From Chitinophagales bacterium (lineage in GTDB: Bacteria; Bacteroidota; Bacteroidia; Chitinophagales; UBA10324), in the NCBI GenBank assembly GCA_044227805.1, contig JBGAWA010000001.1, positions 43,740 to 107,739 on the forward strand: a DNA stretch of 64,000 nt, read 5' to 3'. This document shows, in pieces, positions 1 through 10,582 of this stretch; within the stretch, counting starts at the first letter, position 1, and each line of letters begins with the position of its first letter. The notes below the pieces were generated by a model. It ran no database searches and was not told the DNA's origin. It saw only the letters and a list, made by a program, of their open reading frames with translations. The position numbers and the translations under genes were made by a program.

Positions 1-1110
1 AAAGAGATTGAGAAAATCACCAATCATGATGTGAAAGCGGTGGAATATTTCCTCCGGGAAAAATTTGAAATGATGGGATGCGGCGCATATATAGAGTACA
101 TACACTTCGGACTCACCTCACAGGATATCAACAACACGGCAATTCCACTTTTACTCAAGGAATATCTGACACAAGACTACCGGCAGATGCTCGGACAGGT
201 GATCGATCAGGTTACAGAAAGAGCATTGGCCTGGAAAAATGTCGCCATGCTGGCGCACACACACGGACAGCCTGCATCACCTACCATCTTAGGCAAAGAG
301 TTATATGTTTTTGCAGAGCGGCTGATGAGGCAGGTCGAACAGCTGGTTGCTATTCCCGCTTCAGCAAAATTTGGTGGCGCCACAGGAAACTTCAACGCAC
401 ATCATGCTGCTTTCCCGGACACCGACTGGAACGCATTCGCCAATTCTTTCGTGAATGAGACACTGGGGCTGAAACGATCTCAGCATACCACACAAATAGA
501 ACACTACGATAACCTGGCCGCCACCTTTGATGCTTTGAAAAGAATCAACACCATCCTGATTGACTTCTGCCGCGATGTGTGGATGTATATCTCCATGGAT
601 TATTTCAAACAGAAAATTAAAACCGGTGAAGTTGGATCTTCTGCCATGCCGCATAAAGTAAATCCGATCGATTTCGAAAATGCTGAAGGAAATCTCGGTA
701 TCGCGAATGCCCTCTTCGAGCATTTTTCGGCAAAGCTCCCAGTTTCGCGGCTGCAACGCGATCTGACCGATTCCACTGTATTGAGAAATACAGGCGTTCC
801 TATCGCACACACGGTTATTGCCTTGCAATCCATCCTGAAAGGATTTAATAAATTAATCTTAAATGAAGCTGCACTTCAGTTTGATCTCGACAACAACTGG
901 GCGGTAGTGGCAGAAGCAATTCAAACCATTCTGCGCCGCGAAAATTATCCCGATCCTTATACCAGCCTCAAAGAACTGACACGCCATAACCAGAAAATTA
1001 CGAAGCAGCAGATTGATGCATTCATACTTGCGCTGAACGTGAGTGATGCCGTTAAAGACGAATTGAGAAATATCACCCCGTTTAACTATACCGGCACCTT
1101 TACCCTCTAA
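1..1110 (+). CDS. purB: adenylosuccinate lyase, C-terminal ~370 aa (5' end outside window)
   Basis: Frame 1 is open from nt 1 (KEIEKITNHDVKAVEYF...). It carries the fumarate-lyase signature SSAMPHKVNPIDFEN and a typical PurB C-terminus. Confidence 0.95.
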   Translation, partial: KEIEKITNHDVKAVEYFLREKFEMMGCGAYIEYIHFGLTSQDINNTAIPLLLKEYLTQDYRQMLGQVIDQVTERALAWKNVAMLAHTHGQPASPTILGKELYVFAERLMRQVEQLVAIPASAKFGGATGNFNAHHAAFPDTDWNAFANSFVNETLGLKRSQHTTQIEHYDNLAATFDALKRINTILIDFCRDVWMYISMDYFKQKIKTGEVGSSAMPHKVNPIDFENAEGNLGIANALFEHFSAKLPVSRLQRDLTDSTVLRNTGVPIAHTVIALQSILKGFNKLILNEAALQFDLDNNWAVVAEAIQTILRRENYPDPYTSLKELTRHNQKITKQQIDAFILALNVSDAVKDELRNITPFNYTGTFTL

Positions 1111-1170
1111 TTTTGTTACCGGTTACTGTTTATTCACAGACAGGCGATCCGCTTATAAAACACCTGCACA

Positions 1171-1371
1171 ATGCATATGGCACCGTTAAAAGAAGGGATT
1201 GATTACTACATCAATGCTGACGGACTTTTTGTATTCACAGAAGCATACCATGTAAAAAGAGGATACTGTTGCAAAAGCGGTTGCCTGCACTGTCCATTTG
1301 GATTCAACCAGCAACCAGAAACACCAACTGCAACTTCTTCCGGTAACAATACTCCTCCCGATTTCACTTGA
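1171..1371 (+). CDS. small Cys-rich protein, DUF5522-like
   Basis: 66-aa ORF with KRGYCCKSGCLHCPFG, which matches my memory of the DUF5522 family. Its 3' end overlaps the convergent permease gene by 8 nt. Confidence 0.6.
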   Translation: MHMAPLKEGIDYYINADGLFVFTEAYHVKRGYCCKSGCLHCPFGFNQQPETPTATSSGNNTPPDFT

Positions 1372-2584
1372 AGCGGATAGCTTTCACCGGTGAGATGCGT
1401 GCAACAAGATAAGATGGAATAAACAGCGTCAACAGGCAGATGAGCATGGTCCCGGTATTGATAGCCAAAATATAGAACGGATCAATCAATACCGGCGCGA
1501 CAGAAACATAGTAAGACTCTTCAGGCAATGTAATGATCTGCAAATATTTTTGAACGAGACAGATTCCGACACCGACAACATTGCCCAGTAATAGGCCAAG
1601 GCCAGTTATGTACGCAGCATGATAAAGAAATATTTTGCGGATCATCCAATCTGATCCGCCCAGTGACTTTAATATCCCGATCATGTTGGTTCGTTCAAGA
1701 ATAAGGATAAGTAATACGGTTGTCATGTTTATTATCGCAACCAGTATCATGAGCAGGATGATCACTTTTTCATTCATCGTCTGAAGATCCAGCCAGTCGA
1801 ACAGGTTGGGATTCACCTGCTTCATGGATTTTGCTTCCAGTTCATGCCCGATGTATTCGCTGTTGATCAGGGCTCCCATTTGTTCCAGTTGGTTCACGTT
1901 ATTGATGAATATTTCAAAGCCACCGACTTCACTGTCCGTCCAGTTATTTATTCTCTGAAGCAAGGCTATATCAACAATAGCATAGAGCCGGTCATATTCA
2001 TCAAGCCCTGTTTTGTATATTCCGGTGACAGTGAGTTTCCGGTAGCGCATGGGTTGTTGTACAAAGTAAACTATGACCTCATCACCTACTTTTAACTGCA
2101 AGCGACTGGCAGTGGTTTTAGAGATCATGATCTGCCTGCGTGCGGCGGAATCACCGGCCGTGAGAATTTTTCCTTCCACCAGATAGTTTTTCAGAAAGGT
2201 CCAATCGAAATCACCGGCAATTCCCCGGAGCACCATGCCTTCCATTTCCTTATCTGTTTTCAGGATACCCGCCTTCGTAGCAAACACCTGAATATGCCTT
2301 ATACCTGGCACTTTCTCAATGCCCGGATAAAATGGCTGATTGATTGAAATGGGAACCTCACCATATGACCTGCCCTGTTCAATACTTCTGACCGTAACAT
2401 GTCCCCAGAATCCAAATACTTTCTCACTGATCTCCTGCTGAAAACCATTGACCACGGCCCCGGCTACTATCATTACGGCAACACTTAATGCGACTGCGGT
2501 AACCGCAACACGTACGATGAGCCGTGAAAATGATTTACCGGCAGAGAAAGCCAACCGTCGCGCAAGGAAATAGGAAATCTTCAT
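1364..2584 (-). CDS. FtsX/MacB-type ABC transporter permease (LolC/E-like)
   Basis: Track ORF is 1364..2638; I moved the start to ATG 2584 (MKISYFLARRLAF...). It has an N-terminal TM, a large extracytoplasmic loop and three C-terminal TMs. Confidence 0.85.
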   Translation of the reverse strand: MKISYFLARRLAFSAGKSFSRLIVRVAVTAVALSVAVMIVAGAVVNGFQQEISEKVFGFWGHVTVRSIEQGRSYGEVPISINQPFYPGIEKVPGIRHIQVFATKAGILKTDKEMEGMVLRGIAGDFDWTFLKNYLVEGKILTAGDSAARRQIMISKTTASRLQLKVGDEVIVYFVQQPMRYRKLTVTGIYKTGLDEYDRLYAIVDIALLQRINNWTDSEVGGFEIFINNVNQLEQMGALINSEYIGHELEAKSMKQVNPNLFDWLDLQTMNEKVIILLMILVAIINMTTVLLILILERTNMIGILKSLGGSDWMIRKIFLYHAAYITGLGLLLGNVVGVGICLVQKYLQIITLPEESYYVSVAPVLIDPFYILAINTGTMLICLLTLFIPSYLVARISPVKAIRFK

Positions 2585-2715
2585 GATGAGGAATCTGTCA
2601 CTATGCAATACAAAACTCTTTCCTGCCAGCGCTTTCAATTAAACTATAAGAAACGATTAACAACCAGTGCAGCAGGTTATCTTACCTTTGGCATTTTCAT
2701 ACCAGCGCTAAATTT

Positions 2716-3933
2716 ATGCAAATAAGCCATTCGCGCCTTACGTCGTCTTTCAGAAAAGCAGTAATGCTGCTGTTGGTCATCCCATTTAATTACTGCGTTC
2801 AGCCTTCTAAGGTTTCTGCACAAGTGATCGTTGGTGCCGAACGGATGGATCAATATTTATCTTCCCTCAACGGTAAAAACATTGCGCTTGTGGTGAATCA
2901 AACTTCTCTTGTTGGCACCAGGCATCTTGCGGATACACTGACTGATCGCGGCATCAGTATTAAGAAAATATTTGCACCTGAACATGGATTCAGGGGAGAT
3001 GCTGATGCCGGTGAAAATATTACAGGAAGCGTGGATGCCAGAACCAACATTCCCATCGTTTCCATCTATGGTAAAAAACTAAAACCAACAGCGGAAGACC
3101 TCAAAGGAATAGATTTAGTTGTATACGACATCCAGGACGTTGGCGTAAGATTCTATACCTATATCTCCACATTGCATTATGTAGTGGAGGCCTGTGCTGA
3201 AAACAAGATTCCGTTGCTTGTATTGGATCGTCCGAATCCGAATGGTTATTATGTGGATGGCCCGGTATTGCAACCCGAATTTTCTTCCTTTGTCGGCATG
3301 GATCCCGTGCCCATTGTTTATGGCATGACTCCGGCAGAATATGCGCAAATGTTAGTCGGTGAACAGTGGCTGGCAGCCAAAGCCTTCTGCAGGCTGAGTT
3401 TTGTATTATGCGAGGGATATGATCATTCCACCTTCTATGATTTGCCGGTTAATCCGTCTCCCAACCTTCGCTCCATGACGGCGATTCACCTGTATCCTTC
3501 GCTTTGTCTTCTGGAAGGAACACCAGTAAGTGTTGGCCGGGGCACTGACCGTCCGTTTATGCTGATCGGTTATCCGGGATTCGAAAAAGGAAATGCCGGC
3601 TTCAATCCCAAGAGTATGCCGGGCGCAAAAGAACCTCCCTACCTGAACCAGGTCTGTAAAGGATATGATCTTTCTGGTTTGAACACGGGATTCTTCAAAG
3701 AAAATCCAAGGTTGATGTTGCATTGGGTGGCAGATTTTTACACCTCGTATCCGGAAAAAGATAAATTTTTCACTTCCTTTTTTGATAAGCTGGCAGGCAC
3801 CGATCAGTTGCGCAAACAGATCATGGCAGGGACACCGGAAATGGAGATCCGGAGGAGCTGGGAACCGGCATTGACTCAATTCAAAGAGGTAAGAAAGAAA
3901 TATTTATTGTACCGTGATTTCGAAGGTGGCTGA
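2716..3933 (+). CDS. DUF1343 / NamZ-like exo-beta-N-acetylmuramidase family protein
   Basis: 405-aa ORF with a signal peptide and the motifs VNQTS, FAPEHGFRG, DIQDVGVRFYTYIST and LDRPNP, typical of DUF1343. Confidence 0.8.
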   Translation: MQISHSRLTSSFRKAVMLLLVIPFNYCVQPSKVSAQVIVGAERMDQYLSSLNGKNIALVVNQTSLVGTRHLADTLTDRGISIKKIFAPEHGFRGDADAGENITGSVDARTNIPIVSIYGKKLKPTAEDLKGIDLVVYDIQDVGVRFYTYISTLHYVVEACAENKIPLLVLDRPNPNGYYVDGPVLQPEFSSFVGMDPVPIVYGMTPAEYAQMLVGEQWLAAKAFCRLSFVLCEGYDHSTFYDLPVNPSPNLRSMTAIHLYPSLCLLEGTPVSVGRGTDRPFMLIGYPGFEKGNAGFNPKSMPGAKEPPYLNQVCKGYDLSGLNTGFFKENPRLMLHWVADFYTSYPEKDKFFTSFFDKLAGTDQLRKQIMAGTPEMEIRRSWEPALTQFKEVRKKYLLYRDFEGG

Positions 3934-3970
3934 ACAGCCTATTGCCGGATCAAAAGGGATCAGTTATCAA

Positions 3971-4903
3971 ATGAATACCACTGAAAAGAAACTTAAGATT
4001 GTATTTATGGGAACGCCTGAGTTTGCTGTTCCTTCCTTACAGATTTTGCTGCAACAGCAATATGATATTGTGGCCGTTGTAACTGCCCCGGACAAACCTG
4101 CAGGCCGCGGCCTGCATCTGCAACAATCAGCCGTAAAAAAATTTGCCCTTGAAAAAGGGTTGCACATTTTGCAGCCAGTTAAATTAAAAGAGGAGGCATT
4201 TGTTACTGCACTCCGCTCCTTGCAACCCGACCTGCAAATTGTAGTTGCCTTCAGGATGCTTCCTGAAATCATCTGGCAAATGCCTGCTTTGGGAACCTTC
4301 AACCTGCATGCATCGCTCCTGCCGCAGTACCGGGGCGCTGCACCCATCAACTGGGCCATCATGAATGGCGAAACAGAAACAGGCGTGACAACATTTTTCC
4401 TAAAACAGGAAATTGATACCGGCAAAATTCTCTTCCGCGAAAAGCTGTTAATTGGAGAAAATGAAACCGCAGGCGAATTACATGACCGTCTGAAGATGGC
4501 CGGTGCAGAACTGGTGTTAAAAACAGTTCGGGCCATTGAAAGTGGCAGTTACCCTCAGATCGAACAGGAGGAAAGCAATGAATTAAAAAAAGCTCCAAAG
4601 ATTTTCAACCAGCATTGCCGGATTGACTGGCATCATCCGGTGGAGGTTATATTCAACCAGATACGCGGATTGTCTCCCTACCCTGCTGCATTCACCATCA
4701 TGAAAGGCAAAATGGTGAAGATACTCTCGGCAAAAAAAATAATTACATTGCATGCGCGCTCCGCCGGCACCATCTCCACGGATGGAAAAATGTATTTGCA
4801 TTTTGCTGCTGCGGGTGGAATGATTGCAGTGGAAGAGTTGAAAATGGAAGGAAAAAAACAAATGCACGTGGAGGAATTTTTACGAGGATTCAGGCCGGAG
4901 TAG
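3971..4903 (+). CDS. fmt: methionyl-tRNA formyltransferase
   Basis: Track ORF is 3914..4903; I moved the start to ATG 3971 (MNTTEKKLKIVFMGTPEFAVPSL). It contains NLHASLLPQYRGAAPINWAI. Confidence 0.95.
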   Translation: MNTTEKKLKIVFMGTPEFAVPSLQILLQQQYDIVAVVTAPDKPAGRGLHLQQSAVKKFALEKGLHILQPVKLKEEAFVTALRSLQPDLQIVVAFRMLPEIIWQMPALGTFNLHASLLPQYRGAAPINWAIMNGETETGVTTFFLKQEIDTGKILFREKLLIGENETAGELHDRLKMAGAELVLKTVRAIESGSYPQIEQEESNELKKAPKIFNQHCRIDWHHPVEVIFNQIRGLSPYPAAFTIMKGKMVKILSAKKIITLHARSAGTISTDGKMYLHFAAAGGMIAVEELKMEGKKQMHVEEFLRGFRPE

Positions 4904-4929
4904 CCCATCAACTATTTCGCAATATAAAA

Positions 4930-5715
4930 TCAGATCTCCGCCATTCCTGTAAACACATGTTGTACCGGCCCTTCTAAAAAAATATTGGTGAAGTGCCCCG
5001 CCTCATTCTTGCTGAAGTACACTTTCAGTTTTCCGCCGGCGGCCTGAATGAAATACTCCTGTAAATGCAAATTATTTTTCTGATGGAGCGATGCCGCGAT
5101 AGCAACTGCCACAGTTCCCGTTCCACATGATAAGGTTTCGTCTTCCACTCCGCGCTCATACGTGCGCATACTCCATGCTGAACCGGCGAGGGAAGCAAAA
5201 TTGACATTGATACCTGTACTGCGATATGCTTCTGCATACCTAATTTTTTTTCCTTCAGTTACCACATCCAGGTCTTGAATATTATCAACAAACTTTACAA
5301 AATGCGGAGAGCCTGTGTTTAGAACATAGTTAGTTCCTGCGGCCTCCACATTGTTTACAGGGCACATTGAAAGTTTTACCTGATCTGTACCAGTTATTGC
5401 TGCAGTATGTGGCCCGTCAACTGCCAAAAAGTTAGCTGATTCATGAATTAAACCTGTTTTTCTGGCAAAAACAACGGCACATCTGCCACCATTTCCGCAC
5501 ATAGAACCCAGCCTGCCATCAGCATTATAATACAACATTTCAAAATCGAAGTCAGGGTGCTTCTCCAGCAGTATCAGACCATCTGCGCCAATTCCATAAC
5601 GGCGGTGGCATAGTTGCTCTATAAGCCGTTGTTCTTTGGGGAAATTTCGCAGCAAGTTGTCAACCAGGATGAAATCGTTACCTGCACCGTGGTATTTTTC
5701 AAATTCAATTTTCAT
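4930..5715 (-). CDS. dapF: diaminopimelate epimerase
   Basis: 261 aa, starting MKIEFEKYHGAGNDFILVD, with the two catalytic Cys contexts SMCGNGGRC and LSCGTGTVA. Confidence 0.95.
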   Translation of the reverse strand: MKIEFEKYHGAGNDFILVDNLLRNFPKEQRLIEQLCHRRYGIGADGLILLEKHPDFDFEMLYYNADGRLGSMCGNGGRCAVVFARKTGLIHESANFLAVDGPHTAAITGTDQVKLSMCPVNNVEAAGTNYVLNTGSPHFVKFVDNIQDLDVVTEGKKIRYAEAYRSTGINVNFASLAGSAWSMRTYERGVEDETLSCGTGTVAVAIAASLHQKNNLHLQEYFIQAAGGKLKVYFSKNEAGHFTNIFLEGPVQHVFTGMAEI

Positions 5716-5965
5716 GTAAATAGCTCAGATGCAAAGTTGGATTTTTCGGTGAATTTATATGCATATGGATGATTGCCATTCTAAAACAAGGCCTTTCACC
5801 TATCGACTGTTTGGAAAAGAAAAATGATCTATAGCGTTGCTTTCCACTTTCGTTGCCGTTAAAATTTAGTTAAAGTAAAAGCGCAGGAAATTTAAGTGTT
5901 CTACCTTCGTTCTTCGAGGCATATTTTTTGACAGAAACGAACATCCTTAAAAAACAATAAAAACT

Positions 5966-7450
5966 ATGAAATTGAGAAATCTGAGTCTTACAGCCTTTGT
6001 GGCCATTATGAGTGCACTGATTGCTGTTGGAGCATATCGTTATCTTGATAACAGTCAACCACGCACCTTTGAAGAAAAGCAAGCCAGTGCCGCACGATTT
6101 GCTCAAGTGAATTATGCAGGCAACAGTGAGGTACCTGCTACGCTGGATTTCAGGTTCGCAGCCAAACGCACCACACCAGGCGTTGTACATATCAAAACCA
6201 GTTATGCTCCGCGCCAGGTTTCGCGCAACGATCAGTATAATCCTTTCCGCGATTTTTTCGGTGATCAATTTGCACCTTTTGGCCAGCCGCAACCTGCTGA
6301 ATCATCGGGGTCAGGCGTGATTATCTCTGATGATGGTTATGTAGTGACGAATAATCATGTGATAGATGATGGAGATAAGATACAGGTAATACTTGCTGAC
6401 AAACAAAGCTATGAAGCGAAGGTCATCGGTACCGATCCCTCCACTGATATTGCCCTATTAAAAATTGATGAGAAGAACCTTCCGTTTATTGCTTTTGGCA
6501 ATTCAGATTCCGTGGAAGTAGGCCAGTGGGTATTGGCAGTCGGCAATCCGTTCAATCTTGAATCGACTGTAACCGCAGGTATTGTAAGTGCAAAAGGAAG
6601 AAACATCAACCTGTTAGCCAGCAGGGATACTGCCGCCGTGGAATCATTTATTCAAACAGATGCTGCGGTTAATCCGGGCAACAGTGGCGGCGCGCTGGTG
6701 AATATTAACGGTGAACTGATAGGGATCAATTCAGCGATTGCCACACCAACAGGCACCTTTGCCGGTTATTCTTTTGCGGTTCCGGTAAACATCGTTTCCA
6801 AAGTAGTGAATGACCTTATGAAATTCGGAATGGTGCAACGTGGTTTTCTCGGTGTGCAGATTGCCACCCTCAATGCCGAGCTGGCAAAGGAAAAAGGGCT
6901 TGATTCAAAAAACCTTACCGGCGTGTATGTTGATGGTGTGAAAGCAGGCGGCGCAGGTGAAACGGCTGGTCTGAAGGCAGGTGATATCATTACAAAGGTC
7001 AACAATACCATCGTCAATACTTCCCCTGAATTGCAGGAGCAGGTTTCGCGCTATCATCCGGGCGATAAAATCACGGTGACCTATCTGCGCGACGGCAAAG
7101 AAAAAACTGTGGATGTTATCTTAAAAAATAATGAAGGCAATACCTCTTATCTGAAAAAGGATGAATCATCCTCCATTGCCGCACTGGGCGCTGAATTCCA
7201 GAATTTAAGCGATAAGGAACTGAAGCAGCTGGGGCTGAGCGGAGGTGTGAGAGTAAGCAAACTGATGGATGGCAAACTCAGCGCCAATACCAATATGAAA
7301 GCCGGTTTCATTATTACCAAGATTGATAATAAACCGGTTACATCGGTTGAAGATCTAAAATCCATTCTTGCGAATAAGAAAGGTGGTGTGATGATAGAAG
7401 GAAGGTATCCTGATTATCCAGGTCAGTATTTTTACGCTTTTGGCCTTTGA
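5966..7450 (+). CDS. htrA: Do/HtrA-family periplasmic serine protease with two PDZ domains
   Basis: 494 aa with an N-terminal TM or signal, the catalytic triad contexts TNNHVI, DIALLK and GNSGGAL, and two PDZ-like C-terminal segments. Confidence 0.9.
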   Translation: MKLRNLSLTAFVAIMSALIAVGAYRYLDNSQPRTFEEKQASAARFAQVNYAGNSEVPATLDFRFAAKRTTPGVVHIKTSYAPRQVSRNDQYNPFRDFFGDQFAPFGQPQPAESSGSGVIISDDGYVVTNNHVIDDGDKIQVILADKQSYEAKVIGTDPSTDIALLKIDEKNLPFIAFGNSDSVEVGQWVLAVGNPFNLESTVTAGIVSAKGRNINLLASRDTAAVESFIQTDAAVNPGNSGGALVNINGELIGINSAIATPTGTFAGYSFAVPVNIVSKVVNDLMKFGMVQRGFLGVQIATLNAELAKEKGLDSKNLTGVYVDGVKAGGAGETAGLKAGDIITKVNNTIVNTSPELQEQVSRYHPGDKITVTYLRDGKEKTVDVILKNNEGNTSYLKKDESSSIAALGAEFQNLSDKELKQLGLSGGVRVSKLMDGKLSANTNMKAGFIITKIDNKPVTSVEDLKSILANKKGGVMIEGRYPDYPGQYFYAFGL

Positions 7451-7476
7451 TCGCAAATCATAGTTAATCATCAAAA

Positions 7477-7508
7477 GGGTTGCAGCATCACAACTGCAAC
7501 CCTTTTTT
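7477..7508 (+). terminator. rho-independent terminator after htrA
   Basis: GGGTTGCAG (7477-7485), an 8-nt loop, CTGCAACCC (7494-7502), then T6. It is preceded by AAAA. Confidence 0.7.
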
Positions 7509-7883
7509 ATGCTTAATACCATGGCTATCCCTTCAACCCCAATTTTCAACAGAAGGGTAACGCAATATTTCAAAGAACTACCTGAGGTGAGTGCCGTAGC
7601 CGTTTTTACTTCAAAATGCGTGTTGAGGAAATATCCTATCACCCTTCTTTTTGACTCTTCCGCAACCGGTTCTGGTCAGTCGAACTATGCACGAATCGGT
7701 AATATCGCTGATACACCCTGCACGCTTGTTCAGCATTGATACATACCGGCAAGTATTGAGATGAGTTGAGCGACACTTTGCTGTGTTTCATAGTGAGAAC
7801 CCGAATTATGTTACAGCAAATGGCACCAACTTAATGATATGAAGCCACTTTGTTTTAACTTCGCCGAAATTTGAGATTGTACC

Positions 7884-10556
7884 ATGAAAAGATTCTACCT
7901 CTTTAGCCTGTTGGTGTGTTGCTTAGCACTGAAATCATCGTTAGCCAACATCTACTATGTCACGAATAACAACCCAAGTGGGACCGGGTCATTAGGCGGC
8001 GCTATCACCAGCGCAAACAGCCATTTGGGAAAAGACTCCGTGTATTTCAATATACCGATTGGCAGTGTTGCCAGCCGAACCATCACATTAAGTTCAATCT
8101 TCCCATTGCCCTCTATAACCGATCCTCTCGTGATTGATGGTACATCGCAGCCGGCAGGTGGCAGCTTTGGAATCACCAATGCAAAAATACAAATCAAGGC
8201 AGCCGATTATCTCGCTTCAGCTTTAGTGATTGCTGCGGCTGATTGCGAGGTTTATGGTCTGTACATTCATCATTTTGTGGACGGCGTTATCATTTCCGGT
8301 GGTGATTTTAAATTCGGAGCCGTGAATTTCGGCAATGTCGTTAACGATTGTACTTCCAACTGTATAAAAGTAACCAGTGTCATTACCGGATCATTTCTTT
8401 CCCTGTTTGTGGGAACCGATACACTCGGTAGTTCAGGCAACGCTCCCACGGCCAACGGTATTTATATTTCAGGATCAAAAAAAATAACCATTGGAGGAAA
8501 ACAAGCCGGTGTACGAAATACCATTTCAGGCAATAAGAATGGGATATATGTGGCTGACAGTAAATTCATTGATATACAGGGAAACTATATCGGCACCGAT
8601 TATAACGGAGCATTTGCAGTTCCCAATACCAATGGAATTGTAATGACACAAGGAACTTATAACTGCGAAATAGGCGGCGATTCGGTGAAAGAAAGAAACC
8701 TCATTTCGGGCAACAGTGAAACAGGCTTTGATCTTGAAGTCTATTCTTCACTGATTGATGGAAATTATATCGGTGTGGACGCTACCGGTACATTACCGCT
8801 GGGCAATGGCACCTACGGCATTTACTTCCGCAATCTTTCACATGATAACGTGGTAGGTGGCACCACAGCCGGTGTAGGTAACACCATTGCTTATAATGGC
8901 AGCGAAGCAATTTATTTTCAGAATGATGGTGTAAAAAACATTTCCATCAGAACCAACCATATTTATTGCAACTCACAATCGGCCGGCACGGGCGGAATCG
9001 TCACCAACGGCGGTAACCAGGGCATCCTTCCTCCTATTATCGTGATTGTTACTCCAACCTATATCTCTGGCTATGCGCAGCCATATACACAGGTAGATGT
9101 TTATGCAGCCAGTGAATGCGTGCAGTGTGAAGGCGCCACTTTTCTGGCTACTGTTGATGTGGATGGAACAGGTGTTTTTATTGCCAATGTAGCTTCTTCG
9201 GGAAAGGTAACTGTTACGGCCAATGATGCAGCAGGTAACACTTCGGCCTTTGCTACCTGCCAGGATACTTCCAGCACCAATTGCATTATCGCCGGCTTCT
9301 CAGCCTCATCCAGCGAAGCTTGCAGTAATGTCAATATCACGTTTACTGATCAGTCGTTGCCTGCTCCGGGACTTTCCATTAACTCCTGGGAGTGGGATTT
9401 CGGAGACAACAGCTATTCTACGGAAAGCAATCCATCGCACGTTTATGCATTACCGGGAAATTACACCGTACAACTCGTAGTAGGCAGTTCATCAGGATGT
9501 ACCGATACAGCGTCGCTGATCATTACTATTGCTGAAGGTATTAATACCATTATATCCGCAGACAGCGTAGGTTGCGTTGGCACGCTGTTACACTTCAAAG
9601 ATGTGTCGATTCCAAGCAGCGGCACATTCATCGTTTCATGGTCATGGGATCTTGGCAATGGCACCACCTCTTTCTTCAATGAGTTTGATTACGCTTATGC
9701 CGATCCCGGATTTTATACAGTAGTGATGTCGGTACTGAACAGCGATGGTTGTCCAGGTACAGACACGCTGACGGTAAACATACAGGCCGCCCCTGCCGCG
9801 GATTTTTCAGTGTTGCCGCTGTTATGCCCGTTGCAGCCTGCATTATTCACAGATCTCTCTACCGCCGGTGTTGGCGACAGTGTGGTTGCATGGCATTGGG
9901 CTTTCGGTGACGGTGATACCAGTATCGTTCAAAACCCTGAACATACTTATGAGACTGCCGGCATCTATACTGTAGAATTAATTGTTGAAAACAGCTTAGG
10001 CTGCGCATCTACGGTGAGCAAACAGGTGGAGGTTGTTTCCGGCGGAGAGGCTGATTTTACTTATATTGTTTCCGGCAACACCGTTTTCTTTACCAACACC
10101 TCCGTATTTCCTGCTGATTTTGATATCAAATGGAAATTTGGAGATGGTACCACCAGCAACCAGGTTAGCCCAACCCATACCTTTCCATCCACTGATAACT
10201 ACCTGGTATGCATGATCGTGATAGACAATACCTGCGAACTCAACGATACCACCTGCAAAAATGTATTCGTTATTGTAGGTGTGGATGAACCGGCCTGGTT
10301 GAGCAATGTCAACGTGTATCCAAATCCAGCCACCGACAGGATTGTTATCGATAATCTTCCGGCATCAGCTGCTATTCAATCACTTCGGCTGATGAATACG
10401 GTTGGAGCAGAAATTGAAAGTTGGAATCTTTTTGATCAGCGCGGTCAGGCAATTATTTTAAATCTTCCGTCAACAGCCCCTGGTTTATATTACCTGGAAA
10501 TGAAGCTGAATGATAAGATCTACATGAAAAAAATACTAATACTTCAACAGGAATAA
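7884..10556 (+). CDS. secreted beta-helix repeat / 4x PKD / T9SS C-terminal-domain protein
   Basis: 890 aa with a signal peptide and an N-terminal CSLREA-like motif (GSLGGAITSAN). It has parallel beta-helix repeats (NxISGN..GI), four PKD-like units (WxFGDG...NPxHxY) and a C-terminal VYPNPATDRIVI...GLYYLEM sorting domain. Confidence 0.85.
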   Translation: MKRFYLFSLLVCCLALKSSLANIYYVTNNNPSGTGSLGGAITSANSHLGKDSVYFNIPIGSVASRTITLSSIFPLPSITDPLVIDGTSQPAGGSFGITNAKIQIKAADYLASALVIAAADCEVYGLYIHHFVDGVIISGGDFKFGAVNFGNVVNDCTSNCIKVTSVITGSFLSLFVGTDTLGSSGNAPTANGIYISGSKKITIGGKQAGVRNTISGNKNGIYVADSKFIDIQGNYIGTDYNGAFAVPNTNGIVMTQGTYNCEIGGDSVKERNLISGNSETGFDLEVYSSLIDGNYIGVDATGTLPLGNGTYGIYFRNLSHDNVVGGTTAGVGNTIAYNGSEAIYFQNDGVKNISIRTNHIYCNSQSAGTGGIVTNGGNQGILPPIIVIVTPTYISGYAQPYTQVDVYAASECVQCEGATFLATVDVDGTGVFIANVASSGKVTVTANDAAGNTSAFATCQDTSSTNCIIAGFSASSSEACSNVNITFTDQSLPAPGLSINSWEWDFGDNSYSTESNPSHVYALPGNYTVQLVVGSSSGCTDTASLIITIAEGINTIISADSVGCVGTLLHFKDVSIPSSGTFIVSWSWDLGNGTTSFFNEFDYAYADPGFYTVVMSVLNSDGCPGTDTLTVNIQAAPAADFSVLPLLCPLQPALFTDLSTAGVGDSVVAWHWAFGDGDTSIVQNPEHTYETAGIYTVELIVENSLGCASTVSKQVEVVSGGEADFTYIVSGNTVFFTNTSVFPADFDIKWKFGDGTTSNQVSPTHTFPSTDNYLVCMIVIDNTCELNDTTCKNVFVIVGVDEPAWLSNVNVYPNPATDRIVIDNLPASAAIQSLRLMNTVGAEIESWNLFDQRGQAIILNLPSTAPGLYYLEMKLNDKIYMKKILILQQE

Positions 10557-10582
10557 ATTACAGCATTAAAACAACCAATCAT

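Noticed and set aside
7509-7883. A hidden RNA or protein gene in the 430-bp spacer upstream of the first beta-helix gene (track ORFs 7509-7739 and 7355-7642).
   Set aside because: The ORF translations have no recognisable features, and I see no tRNA-like or other known RNA structure. The region begins with a TIR-like fragment of the repeat element (7532-7552), so it may be a decayed copy.
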